Assembly (NCBI GenBank): GCA_010015805.1
Contig: ML978124.1
Span: 2,046,001 to 2,110,000 of the forward strand
DNA: 64,000 bases
Reading direction: 5' to 3'
From: Rhizodiscina lignyota
Taxonomy: Eukaryota
In this document: positions 51,239 to 63,121 of the stretch, piece after piece
Numbering within the stretch: the first letter of the stretch is position 1
Layout: each line of letters begins with the position of its first letter
The notes under the pieces: generated by a model
Seen by the model: the letters and a program-made list of their open reading frames with translations, nothing else
Told to the model about the DNA's origin: nothing
Database searches by the model: none
Program-made: the position numbers and the translations under genes

Positions 51239-52070
51239 TTAGATTGAAGGGACGCCTTCTCGCTCGTGTATTCTAACGTGTTTCGGTGGGGTCCAGGTCC
51301 GACGGGAGCTGCAGCGTGTGTACTGGCACCGATGCTTGTCGTTGATTGACGCTGTTAAGCTTTCCCCGGATCTGCTTCCTAATCAGTGTGTAGATAGTGT
51401 GAAGTCCCACGCTGCTTGAATGAAGCTCAAGGTGCGAAATGATTGTGAGGCTGAAGGAGCATTACATCAGCTCCCAGATGCAGAGCTTGTGCTGTCTATA
51501 GCGGAGGCGAGGGGTGCAATATTAGAAATCCACAGCGAATGAGGTCTGTCGTGGGCCGAGGGAATGACGTGCTGCGTCAAAGCTCAAGACGACAGCGCGC
51601 CAAGCGGCGCTTCAAGATTCCTCATATTCAAACAGCTGCTATGTTCCTGGGAGATTACTTGTGCAATGTAAGCTGAATGAGTAAGGTAGCTCGCGCGTTT
51701 CAATGGTAGAAATCATGCAGGGCAACGATGCTTCGGGTCCTATTGGTTTCAGAAACTCTATCTCATTTGGGTTTCTAGTCTGCCCCTATTCAAGCTCTTT
51801 TCTGTTTTAACCTCTACTACTCAAGAAGAAAAATTGACAGGTGAATGGTATAAGCTGTATAAGCTCTGTTCGCCGCCTCCAGACTCTCAGACGTTTGAAA
51901 TTCCGAACGATCCAAAGTAGCGAACGCCTAGTGCTCCATGCGATGCCAGCTTTTGCAGATGTGGCGATAAAACATATTGCGATAAGATCTTATCCACGCA
52001 AAGCACCGTCTCCAAATATGTGAATGGAATGGTGGAAAGCTGATAATGAAACGTGGGAGTTCCAGATCGT

Positions 52071-53980
52071 TTAAAGCTTCGCCTTGACATCAGCACTCGC
52101 TGCGCTTGCCTCCTGGTTCAGGACCACAGTGTTGGAGTTGTCTCCTTCACCGAAGAAGATCACTTCAACAGTCAAGTCGTCCCTAAAATTATATTAGACT
52201 CTCATCTTAGACCTCGGCCTTGGGCTAGGGATCCTCAAACTCACCTGTAACGCCTGGAAAATGGACTGGGCAACGTCAATAGCGCGCAAACTTGATCCGT
52301 ATCCTTGCCTCCGAGGGCATTCCGAATCAAATGTGTCGCAACATTCTTATCTTCTACCACAAATCGCTCGTCTTTCTTGTCATCAATATTCCACTGTCGC
52401 TGTCTGATTGGTGCCCTCTGCCCGCTGCGCCCGTCAGCATCAGCATTTTTTTCGACGGGCAATTTCTCTTTCTTCTGGCTACCTAACCAACTACTTAGCC
52501 AACCAGATGTCTGAGGAGTGCCATTAGAGCTGCCATCTTTCGTCTGCACGTCAAGCCATTGTCCGACAAGGCCAACGACTTCCTCGTTCGTGAGACATTC
52601 CCAAAGGCCATCGGTAGCCATGACGAGGAAATCACCATTCTTAGGTTCAATCTTCGTGGTCGTTACCACAGGTTCTGCCGTCACGTATGGTGGAGTCTTA
52701 AGCTTGGGCGAAGGAGTACGTCCAAAGTAGAGGCTGCGAAGCTTTTCTTGGGTCTCCAGGCTCCACTTGTACACTGCATCGCCAAATGCTCGTGTTGGCT
52801 CGAGACCACCTAGTACACGGCCGACTGATACAACATCTGGTTCTCCGGGATGCTCTCTTCGCAGACGCTCTGCCTCCTCTTTCGTTGCACCAGTTTGGTC
52901 AATTGAAAGAGGCGTCGCTGTCCACTTGCCACTTGGTCCCATCCGGCCCAGTACAGCTCGTGAGTCTCCCGTGCAAGCGACACGGAGAAGCTTCGATTGG
53001 CTATCATAGAATGATAGTAATGCGCATGAGCCAGAGAAGGCTGGCGCGAGAACTTCCGCTGCGACGCGTTTTGATTGTGCCTTGGTCACAGTCTTTACAG
53101 ATTCGTGAACGATTTCGTTGTCAAGGAGGACAAATCCCTTCTTGATTGCGCGGTCGATCGATTCAGGGGTGGGGAGACGGAGGGCTGGATCCGCTAGAGC
53201 AGCTTTGTAAGTAGAATTGAGTTCTCTCGCGACGAATGAGATAAGCACTTGTCGAAGTTTCGCAGACGTGGTCCACCCGCTGTGTCCATCAAATACTCCC
53301 CAGAACATCCAGTCGCTGTTGGAGGTGCCCTCCTCCACGGCAGCCACATTACCGGGAATCTCAATGATCTTTTCCGCGTGATCATCCTCAATTGGATCGT
53401 TGCTGGGTAATTGGACAACATCGTATCGGACAACGCCTTGTCCTCTACCCACAAGCCAGCTTTCCTCATTCTTCCTCAGTTTTTGCGTCGCCTGCTCCGG
53501 CGACATCATCTCCAGAATCTTCCTGCCTGCGTCGTCCGTCTCCTTCGACAGGGGTCCGTCGCCCACGATGTCCCCCGTATACAGCCCACCCTGTCCGACC
53601 ACAATTGCCCTTCTTGTGTTCTCCGCCGCAACCCCTCCAGCCGTCGAGTGCACTTCTTGACCTCCTGGCGGAATGCTCAACTGGCTCGCTGCTGTACTCA
53701 CGGCTCGTTGCCCGGAGTACCAATACGCCGCACCACCGACCAACGCAGTCAAACACACAATCCCAATTGGCAGAGTGGGAGTCGCGCTCTTCCTCACGAT
53801 TGCTGCGCTCCCAGATCGGCCGTGCTGATGGCTATGCCCGTTCTCGCGGCGCCCGAGCGAGTTGAAGCGCATGGCTACGACATAGCTGGACGGGGAAAGG
53901 AGCGTAGTGCGCGCACGGCGGAACTTGGGTGGTGCGGGGCGGCGCGACGAGCGGAGGAGTGTGACGGCCGCTCGCCGCAT
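52071..53980 (-). CDS. PTC5: PP2C phosphatase Ptc5 / pyruvate dehydrogenase phosphatase-like, 2 exons (intron 52183-52244)
   Basis: SNDPIEDDH, GVFDGHSGW, SGSCALL, CTGDSRAVLG, LEPTRAFGD, TPPYVTAEP, MATDGLWE, ATHLIRNALGG, RRYR|DDLTV; N-terminal presequence and TM; ends in AKL. Confidence 0.92.
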
Positions 53981-54356
53981 TGGAAAGAGTTGGAGGGGTT
54001 TATTTGAGAGGAAGGGAAGCGAAGAGGAGAGTGGTGTTTGGTAGATTTAGGTGCCGGAAGAGGCTGTAGGGATGCAGCCGGTCTGAGGATAAACTCGGAG
54101 CTAGATCGGCTATATCCGGCGCTTGTGAACATGCGAGTTAGACGCGCGCTAAACGACGAGTATAACGGCGTGCACTAAGACCATTGTTGGAATATGCAAC
54201 AACACTCAACTTTGTTTGTTTTTAAAGCAAAATTCTCCCGCACGTAGTTTACGCTTTAACCATCGTCAGCGTTGATCTAAACCCAATTCTCTCCCCCAGT
54301 CTTCGCGAAATCTTCCATGACGCTGGCCTCCACGTAAATCCTCAGTGAAGGCAAAT

Positions 54357-56597
54357 ATGTCATCGCGGGCTTTGCGTCGAGCTCAGAGGGAGCTTGAAGA
54401 AAAGAAACAGTTGGAGCAACTGAAGAAAGAAGAGGAAGAAGCAGAACAGGAGGATGAAGAAGAAGAGGATGAACAACCTTCAACAGCAACATCAGGGTTC
54501 GGCATATTTGCAGCACTGGATGACGACAAAGACAACGAGGATGCAGAAGGCGACGCCGCACAGTCAGAACCCGAGAGTGAAGAGCTAGAGGTGGTAAGAT
54601 CGAAACCAGCGCAGACTAAATCGTCGAAGAAGAAGAAAAAGAAAAAGAAAAGGACCAAGGATGCGAAACAGCCCGAGCTAGAGAAAGCGTCAAAGAATAC
54701 CACTTCAAACAGGCAGGTTGATGAAATTGATCAAGCTCTACGTCAGCTCAAGTTATTACAAACCAAAGCTCCAGGAGTGGATCAGTCGACTTCCAGTATT
54801 AGCAAGGAACAACAAGAACTATTCGAGCTGTTATCGGTCGACACGCAGCACCTCCATGCAGCAAACGAAATGCGCCGCCTTTTTGGGCGCGCAGCAATGG
54901 AGGACGACCGTGGCGACGCAGAAGCAGGTGCAACCGGTCGACGCCGTGGCCGCAACCGAGGAGGACGGCAGGTCGGAATTGCAGGAGCGGTTGCAGGTGG
55001 ACGAAGTGCAGCCGGCAGACTGGCTGGTGTTGCCCTACGGAGAAACATCTTCATCCAAGGCAAGGAAGAATGGCCCCGCGGTACTGCGGCAGGCTTGGGC
55101 ATGGAGCTGATTGAAAAGAATACACATGGCGAGTGCGTTTTTAAATACGTGCACTCTCCTTCTTATCAGGAAGTCCAAAGGCAGTTCCAGAGCTGCGTTA
55201 GAACCATGGACCATGAGCACATGGTCCATCTACTGCGAGTCAACCCCTACCATATCTCGACCCTCCTACAAGTTTCAGATATGGCAAAACAGGAGCGAGA
55301 TCATACTGCATCTGGAGATCTGCTTGAGCGAGCTTTGTTCACCTTTGGACGCGCGATCCACTCAACCTTCTCCAAGAGGCTTTCTGAAGGCACTGCACGT
55401 CTAGAGTTCCGTCGCCCTGAAAATCGAGAGTTCTGGCTAGCTGGGTGGCGTTATATTGATAATCTCAGCATGCGCTCAACATGGAGGACGGTCTTGGAAT
55501 GGGCAAAGTTGTTGTTCAGCCTAGCTCCATACAACGATCCTTATCAGATGCGTCTTGTCATTGACCAATACGCCATTCGAGCCCGCCAACCACAACAACT
55601 CATTGACTTAATGGACAACAAGTTGCTAAGAGAATCTGAACACCTGCATAAGCTTCCTAATATCCAGTACAGCGCGGGCCTAGCACTCATCCAAACGAAG
55701 AATCCCTCGCGGGCCCGCCAAGCTCTGAAAGCAGCGATAGAATCGCATCCATGGATTGCTGCTCGCCTCTTCCAAGAACTCAACCTGGAACCAGTTCCAC
55801 CTTCCATCTGGGGCCGAACTCCACCCACACTGCGCGAAGCGGTGTATACCGAGCTTTATGCTGGACGTGCGAAAGACATCTGGAACACTCCTGAAGCGAC
55901 CTCTCTACTTATGGAGGTTGCTCGCTCCGCAGCAAAAGATCATCCCTCGAGCCAAGACCGATCCATAACCAGCATGGACAACATCAACCTGAACATTGCC
56001 CGCCACGTCATCATGACTGACAATCGCGAATTCATTGCGCTCATCCCATCGGAATTCACTCGGCAGCTTACGAGCGTGTCCGACCCTCTTCCGCCAGAAG
56101 ATGACCTGAATACATACCAGTCCGCCGCTCCTGGACCTAACTCAAGCTCTGAAAGCCTTGACGATCCGCTGTCCTTACTTCGCGAATACCATGAACTGCG
56201 CGAATTCATAGGTAGTCTTATCCCTGGCATTGGCCCGGAGCGACTTGAACTCTCCGACGACGAGTCCTCTGTCCCTGAATTGGAAGACGCAGAAGCAGAC
56301 CAACCGCGACATGACACTGGCGCCGCCCCGCCCCCTCAAGTGCCACGGCAGCTGAGTGAGGAGGTGGTGGCGGCCCAGCTTGAGGAGATTGGCCGGCGGC
56401 TTCATGAACGCGGTTTGACGATGGACGATCTGATGACGAGGACTGAGCGGCTACAAGAGCTCGGGGACCAGATTGCCGAGATTGCCCAGAGGACGGTCGG
56501 TAGCCAGTTGCACAGGGACGAAGCTGATGATGATGATGAGGACAGTGGAGAGCCCACGGATGAAGACATGCCTGGCTTGGTTGACCGAGACGATTAA
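54357..56597 (+). CDS. RQC1: Ribosome quality-control subunit Rqc1 / TCF25 (Nulp1) family
   Basis: MSSRALRR N-terminus, poly-Lys tract, EMRRLFG, PYHISTLLQVS, DLLERALF, FRRPENREFWLA, EWAKLL.SL.P..DP, ID.YA. Confidence 0.88.
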   Translation: MSSRALRRAQRELEEKKQLEQLKKEEEEAEQEDEEEEDEQPSTATSGFGIFAALDDDKDNEDAEGDAAQSEPESEELEVVRSKPAQTKSSKKKKKKKKRTKDAKQPELEKASKNTTSNRQVDEIDQALRQLKLLQTKAPGVDQSTSSISKEQQELFELLSVDTQHLHAANEMRRLFGRAAMEDDRGDAEAGATGRRRGRNRGGRQVGIAGAVAGGRSAAGRLAGVALRRNIFIQGKEEWPRGTAAGLGMELIEKNTHGECVFKYVHSPSYQEVQRQFQSCVRTMDHEHMVHLLRVNPYHISTLLQVSDMAKQERDHTASGDLLERALFTFGRAIHSTFSKRLSEGTARLEFRRPENREFWLAGWRYIDNLSMRSTWRTVLEWAKLLFSLAPYNDPYQMRLVIDQYAIRARQPQQLIDLMDNKLLRESEHLHKLPNIQYSAGLALIQTKNPSRARQALKAAIESHPWIAARLFQELNLEPVPPSIWGRTPPTLREAVYTELYAGRAKDIWNTPEATSLLMEVARSAAKDHPSSQDRSITSMDNINLNIARHVIMTDNREFIALIPSEFTRQLTSVSDPLPPEDDLNTYQSAAPGPNSSSESLDDPLSLLREYHELREFIGSLIPGIGPERLELSDDESSVPELEDAEADQPRHDTGAAPPPQVPRQLSEEVVAAQLEEIGRRLHERGLTMDDLMTRTERLQELGDQIAEIAQRTVGSQLHRDEADDDDEDSGEPTDEDMPGLVDRDD

Positions 56598-57828
56598 ACT
56601 GGTGCAACTACAAATCGAGCTCGAGATTAATAGTTTAGCGTAGCTCGATAAATGTCAAAGAGTACAACAAATGTGAAAACATCCCTCTCAGGTCTCTATA
56701 TTGCAGCATCGCCCACGCGACAAAACGCTTCAAGCGAAAGGAGCCGGCTGGACAGTATAAACACTGTCTGTGTTTGCACAGACCTAGTGTACGTAGCGCC
56801 GCTGCGCCACGCCATAGAGAGTGACAAAAGAGTTGAGCCATACATATCCCATCGAGTGTCGAAGTGGACAGCTACTTCATTTAAGATATTTTGTGTTCAT
56901 CAAAGCCGTGCATCCTCAACGAACACTAGCTAAAGTATATCCAACTGAGCTTTCGGTGAGGCTCGTGCTCCATCTGAAGAGCGAAACTTGTTCCTGCTTT
57001 ATGTTTCGACGTCCAACATGGTCAGGGCACCCTGCCGTGTGTATTAAGCCCTTACATGGGCGCTGGGGCCGTCTCGGGGGGCGCTTGTTATAGTGCCGAG
57101 ATGGACTTTCTCAGGCCTAGACGATTTGCTTTTTACAAAGGAATCTTCCCAGTGTGTACCCTCCGTATAAGATGCGATATATGATGCGGCTACCATGTTA
57201 GTAAACGGCTTCTACCGTTCCGGCTGGACAACTCTTGTCAGGTGCTTCGCTTCCCATTTGCCTGAAGAGGCCCGAGAGGCGCTTGCATCTCAGCCAACGC
57301 ATTAGCATCGTGCACGCCGAGCCACTCAGCAACAGATCCGGTAATCCTTTAGAAGCGCAAATAGCGCGGCGTTGGCCTCTGTAACTGTCCTTCTCTCGCC
57401 AAATCATGTGGGTCACCAGCATTCCTCCCAATCAGAAAGAGCACGGGTTTCGAGCACGTCGCAGCCTGTTTTTGCTAAGCGTTTCCTTGCCAATCGTTTG
57501 AAAGCCCACATTTCCATTTTCAAATCAACCCAGAACAGGAGAAATGTGTCTTTGGGTCTCAGCCTTACCTCTATTCGGTTCTAGCGCTAACCTTGCTGTC
57601 ATGGCTTTAGACCCAGCCACACGCAAACCCTTGGCAATGCATCGTATCCGTCAGCTGGATGCGCCGATGCCTGTGAGAAAAAGCCAACGAAAATCGCGGG
57701 GGTGCCAGTGAGGCTGAACGTCAAGTGAACGATAAAGGCAGAAGGGCTGGACAAGTTGGGGCGGGTTTGCGATCCTCTACATCCACCCAAGATGAACCGG
57801 TAGCCGTCCTGGCGATATGGTGCAAATA

Positions 57829-60115
57829 ATGTCCTTGACATTCGTTCACATCTTCCTGTCTGTTCTTTTCTTTTGCTGCGCTTCTTTCGCTCAAAGTAAG
57901 TTGCTTCCGCGTGTGCAACAGATTTAAAGTCGCTAACTGAGCTTTTTTTAATCGCCTCAGCCATTAGTGTCCCTTTTCGCAATTCTTCTTGCAATAATGT
58001 CCCTAATTGCAGAGTCATTGTACCACAATTCTCCGAGTTCTATTGGTTTCCACAAACGTTTGAAGCCAGTGCAACGACGGCAATCGTGACTGCAACAACG
58101 TTTTACTTCTACCATGGAAACCAAACGATTACACAGGTCAAGACTGTGCCGACCGGCAACTACTCCACATGGCTCAGCCCTGCCACAAAACAGACTACTA
58201 TTACACGTACATATGGATCAGAAGATACGGTCACGACGGTCATGTCAGTGATCCTTGTTCTCAATACATCTAACGTCGCTAATCCGACCTTCACAGAACA
58301 TATCCAACCCCGTTTTTCGACTATGACACCGCATACACACTCTCTGGTTCCCTCAAGACCTCCACTGGTTGCATCCATGGCCCAACTACCATCACACCAA
58401 GTAGTCATCCGCCATTTCCCAATCCAACCAATCTCCCAACAGACTCCTCAGATCCATTTGGCACCACCCATACCCTCGCCCTCACTACGTTTTTGAAGTC
58501 TCTCCCAGGAATACAAACGGCGACACTGGGCGACGTCGATCCAGATTTGGTCCCATTCGGGTCCTCCCTGTCCGCTGCCACAAGTGCTTTCTACAAAAGT
58601 GCTTTTAGCGATCAGGCGGCACTCGGCGAATGTAGTGGCCCTGCTCCTGGAACAACCATAACCGAGTCTATATTCTTAACAGAGACGGCGTCAGCAATCA
58701 CCCACACAAGTGCGGCATTCTTGACACAGACATCGTCTTCCTCTTTGAACGCTGGAGCATTCGCGGCTCTACTTGCTTCCTTGCGCCATCAAGAGTCAAC
58801 GCCAGCAAAGGGCTCTCCTACACCCAGCCGCCCGGCCGCCAACAATGAAGGTTCTCCCAAACCTACGCCCGGAAATGGATCACCTGGAGGCCAAGGTCCG
58901 ACGCCAACGCCAACGCCTCAAAGCCCAGCGCCAAATAATAGCCCCAATGCTCCCGTATCTGCACAAGGAGAGCCGAAAGCTACTCCCGGGACCGGTTCCA
59001 GCCAGTCCAACAACGGTGGAGGGTCAAACAATAGTGGTGGCTCTTCCAATAATGGCGGGTCTTCCAATAACGGAGGCTCGTCAAACAACGGAGGCTCATC
59101 AAACAACGGAGGCACATCAAACAACGGCGGATCTTCCAACAACGGAGGCCAGTCGAATAATGGCGGATCTTCCAACAACGGAGGCCAGTCCAACAACGGA
59201 GGCTCCTCGAATAATGGAGGTTCTTCAAATAACGGAGGGTCGAATAGCAACAACGGTGGCTCGTCAAACAGCAACTCTCAAGGGTCTTCCAATAATGGCG
59301 GTTCGTCCAGCAATTCCAACTCGAACAGCAATGGTGGCAGCTCATCCAGCAACAACGGAGGATCATCTGGCTCGTCAAACGAGAATTCAGGGTCTAATTC
59401 TGGCACCAACGGAGAGTCTTCATCGAACGAAGGCTCTGGTTCAAATGGTGGCTCTTCGAATGGTGGACAAGGTTCGAATGGCAACGAAGGAGGCTCGCAC
59501 AACAACGCACAAGGCTCTCCCACCCAAGGTCCAGTTTTCGTCGCTGGTTCTCAATCCCTGACCCTGACGCCCACCAATATCGTAGCGACAGTGCCCGCAA
59601 CCGATCGTAACGGAGTCGAAACCGTCTCGCCGACCACCGCTCCGGCAGTCATCATCGGAGGTCAGACGCTGACACTTCAAGGCTCAGGCCAAGGCAGCGG
59701 AGGAGGAAGTGCTGCCGGAAGCGGAAGCAGTCCAGGAAGTGCAGGCGAAGAGGGAAGTGGGACCATCACCATCAATAATACGCCCGTTCACCTCACTGTT
59801 GTCTCTTCCGGAGGAACGACGCGGACTGAGGCCGTGTTTGGTTCGCCTGGCGCTGAACAGAGCACGGTTGTTGTACCATTCGGAAGCGCAGGAGGCTCGG
59901 GTGAAGGAAGCAGTGGGAACGGAGGCATAGGCCCATTCATATGCAGCGGCATTGGCGGCTGTGGAGGTGCTACTGGAACGACGACTGGAACACCGACTGC
60001 GACTGGTTCGGAGCCTGAGCAGTTCACTGGTGCTGCTGTCAAGAACGGCTCAAGGCGCGGTACCGGCGTGGTTATTACGATAATGATAATTAGTGTAATG
60101 TGGGTCAACGGCTGA
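57829..60115 (+). CDS. Secreted, probably GPI-anchored Gly/Ser/Asn/Thr-rich cell-surface protein, 3 exons (introns 57896-57960 and ~58244-58296)
   Basis: Signal peptide MSLTFVHIFLSVLFFCCASFAQ (alternative in-frame ATG at 57817); spliced frame continuous with ORF 58493-60115; C-terminal FTGAA plus hydrophobic tail. Confidence 0.82.
59036..59233 (+). repeat. Coding 18-bp tandem repeat, 11 units of GG(S/T/Q)SNN
   Basis: Read directly from the translation; degenerate copies continue to ~59500. Confidence 0.9.
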
Positions 60116-60534
60116 GCAATGGCCCTGAAATATGGTCACTTCGGCGTACTGGGGGCATTTAATTGGCGCAAATTGGTTGAATGCTAAAAGCAGTCAATGA
60201 GTTAAAGAACACTTACGGAATCCCTGCATATAGTTAAACGCATATACGATACCCACATTGACTCGATATATACTCATTCTACTCCATTCATAAATGGAAT
60301 CTAAAGAATCTGAACGATGTGAATCTAAAAACGCAAACAAAGTAATCAACTGTCTGGCCCGATATGTGGTGGACACCAATGAGGCGACTTTCAGACAATT
60401 AACCCGATCGATTCCGAACCGTAGAGGTAGGCGAAAACCATGTTCAATTATTTGCGCAGAGCTCCAACGAAGGTAAACTGTTCGACAAGTCTTTGAGAAC
60501 ACATCAATCTCAGCCACCCAAAGCAAACGGCCAA

Positions 60535-62223
60535 CTAAATACGATGGAATTTTAATACTAATTTGTTCCCCTTCGGCCCAGCCGAGAAGCCTTCGTCCTG
60601 CTCAATTCCTTCAGCATCTACAATAGAAGTCGTATAGTTCGTATAGATCGCAGCAATCGCATGTTTCATAGCTACAGTCGTTAGGCGCGTGGAATTTAAT
60701 TGACACATTGAAGCGGACTTACTGTGCATAGCGACATTGCTCCCGATACACATACTTCCGCCACTCCCGAAAGCCCAGAACCAGCGCTTCATCTCCGCCA
60801 ACTGCTCCGGCGAAGTTTTGAGCCACCTTTCCGGTTTCCAGGCCTCTGGATCTGGGAAGACTTCGGGATTGCGGTGAAGGACGGAGGCGTAAGACTGGAC
60901 TCGCACGTTGGGAGGGATGTTGTCATACCCAGCCAGAGAGCACGATGGGTAAGGTGTCAAGCGCGGCTGCGCACCTGGAACGGCTGTCCATATGCGAAGA
61001 GTCTCTTGGAGAATAGCGCCGAGGAGAGGCAAATTGTCAACTGCTTTGAAGTCTGGCAGCACAATGTTCGATGGATCTTCTGGTGGAAAATTGATTGGCG
61101 GGTCCAAGCTCAACAGCTCTTCCCGAAGTTGTTTCTGCAAAGATGGATTACGAGACATCTCATAATACACCCATGTTAGAGTGTCGCCGGACGTCTCGTG
61201 CGCCGCTGCATTGTGATCGTACGCATCACTCGCGAGCTCGAGACGAGGTGGGTAGGACTGCCCATTCAATGGGCGCTCCTTGCCATCAGCCTTCATGAAC
61301 TGGGCGCGTTCGGTGGCATAGATGACTGGATAGTCTCCTGGCGGAATATCAGTCTCCGCCGCAAGCTTCTTCTCTGCCTGATCGCATATTTCCAGATTCC
61401 AGGATGCGAGATCTTCTGTGGCATCATCACACCACTTTGGTATCAGGCGAATCCCAATCTTTTGAAGTGCTGAAGTGAGCCCAGGGAGATTATCCGGCCA
61501 GAACAGATATGGCCGTCTGCTGAAGAAATTGTGCATATACCACTTCCGCTTCTCCACATCTTGGACAAAGTTGCTGCCGAGAGACAAGCCGAATTGGTAT
61601 GCCATGAACGAGTCCATTGCATATGCATAACTCAAAGAATGAACCTCGACAGACTGGCCTGTCTCAACGCTGTGTTGGAATATTGGGAGTAGCCGCTCGA
61701 ATAGCATTGTTTTCGTTGTTTCCCTTATCGTTGGCGAAGACAAGACGGTGGATTTACTGTAGACACTCGACAGCATTCGTTTTCTGGCCGAATGTTTCTT
61801 TGAGTCGACCATTGTGAACATATTTTCAGTGCTAGTTCGTACATTGTCAATAGCAGCCCGTAATATCATAAAACCCTAGATTTCAACTTACTCATAGTTC
61901 GTGAATCGTCGCGCATAAAAGTCATGCTTGGGAAATCCACCTCCGTAAATGGTCTTCAAACCTCCGTCGTAGCAATTGACGCTGAGCTCACTCGGGCCAA
62001 TCCTGACAATTGGTCCTTTGGCCTGATGGAGCTTGAGGATCGTCTGGTTCTCAATATTTATATACCGTATCCAATAAATCCAAAGCGGGCATATATGGAT
62101 TGTCCAATTCGCTGCTGGTATCTTCGATAGTGGAGAGAAAAAGGCAGGATAGACAATGAACTTGTAGATAAACGACGCAACCAAAAAGCATACGCCTATC
62201 GTAATGGCCAGCGGGAGCTCCAT
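60535..62223 (-). CDS. Cytochrome P450, 3 exons (introns 61832-61891 and ~60672-60722)
   Basis: N-terminal TM plus SPLSKIP, GPIVRIGPSELS, I-helix AAAHETS, ETLR, PERW, heme loop FGSGGSMCIG. Confidence 0.93.
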
Positions 62224-63121
62224 GGCAGTATGACCAGTATCCGAGGGATACTCAACTTGGAATTTTGAATGAAGTTTGACGCGTGTTCTCAAAAACACCA
62301 GATCTTGACACAAGCACCACTTACAGTTCAATCTCTAAGTCATCTCACCTCCTCGCATATCGCGGTGGACCCCGCCTTCCACGGCCTGGATCGAACCAGG
62401 TAGGTGTGTGAGATATGACGACGGCCAGAGCATCATGCATGTGATCCCGCATACGCTTCGAGAGACGAGTTATCTTATTAGAGATAGCGAGCGTTAAGGT
62501 TGGTAACATCCGATTGACTCCTATCATCGGACCCTAGCTTTGGCGCTAAGCCAAAACTGTAATTATAGTACCCCTATCAAAACACCAACGCCAGCCTCAA
62601 CTCCAACCTTCATCACTCGTCCTTATTGCAGATATGGCAATGTTTGTATGTTGCGCTGAAGTCAGAGCTTGCGAGCTTTTATATGAACTGGGGACAAGGT
62701 AGTGACAGTGTTACAGGTTTTGGTCTGTTGCCAATTCGAGGCATGTCAAACCGAAGGACGGACGTCACGTATAGGATGCTTTTTTGATAATCGTGAAAAC
62801 GAAGCAAGTAGGCGACATGACACCAAGAGGTATACTAGAGAATCGGATTTTTGCTGCGACATGAAATCAACCAAACATTGCGCAGCTCGAGTCACCCTCC
62901 AGCACTTGACTTGACTGAACAAATAACAGAACCGAAATGCAAGATATCACGACGTATCTTATTAGACGCATCCATAAATTTCAAAGAGAACAATAAATGG
63001 AAGAGAGACAGTACGACCCATAGCTGTCAACATCCTCCACCACCACGAAAGCAGAGCCTCAGCCATTAAAGAGCACGCCTGCATCACATCATGTGAAATT
63101 GAGCCAGACAGACGATGGGAA

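Noticed and set aside
57560..57680. Possible extra upstream exon of the cell-surface gene (GCTAAC...TTTAG acceptor, GTGAGA donor)
   Set aside because: A complete signal-peptide exon exists at 57829-57895, and no start could be linked to this segment
58773..59600. Alternative-frame repetitive ORFs (TTEA.., FDEPPL..)
   Set aside because: Frame and strand by-products of the GGSSNN repeat
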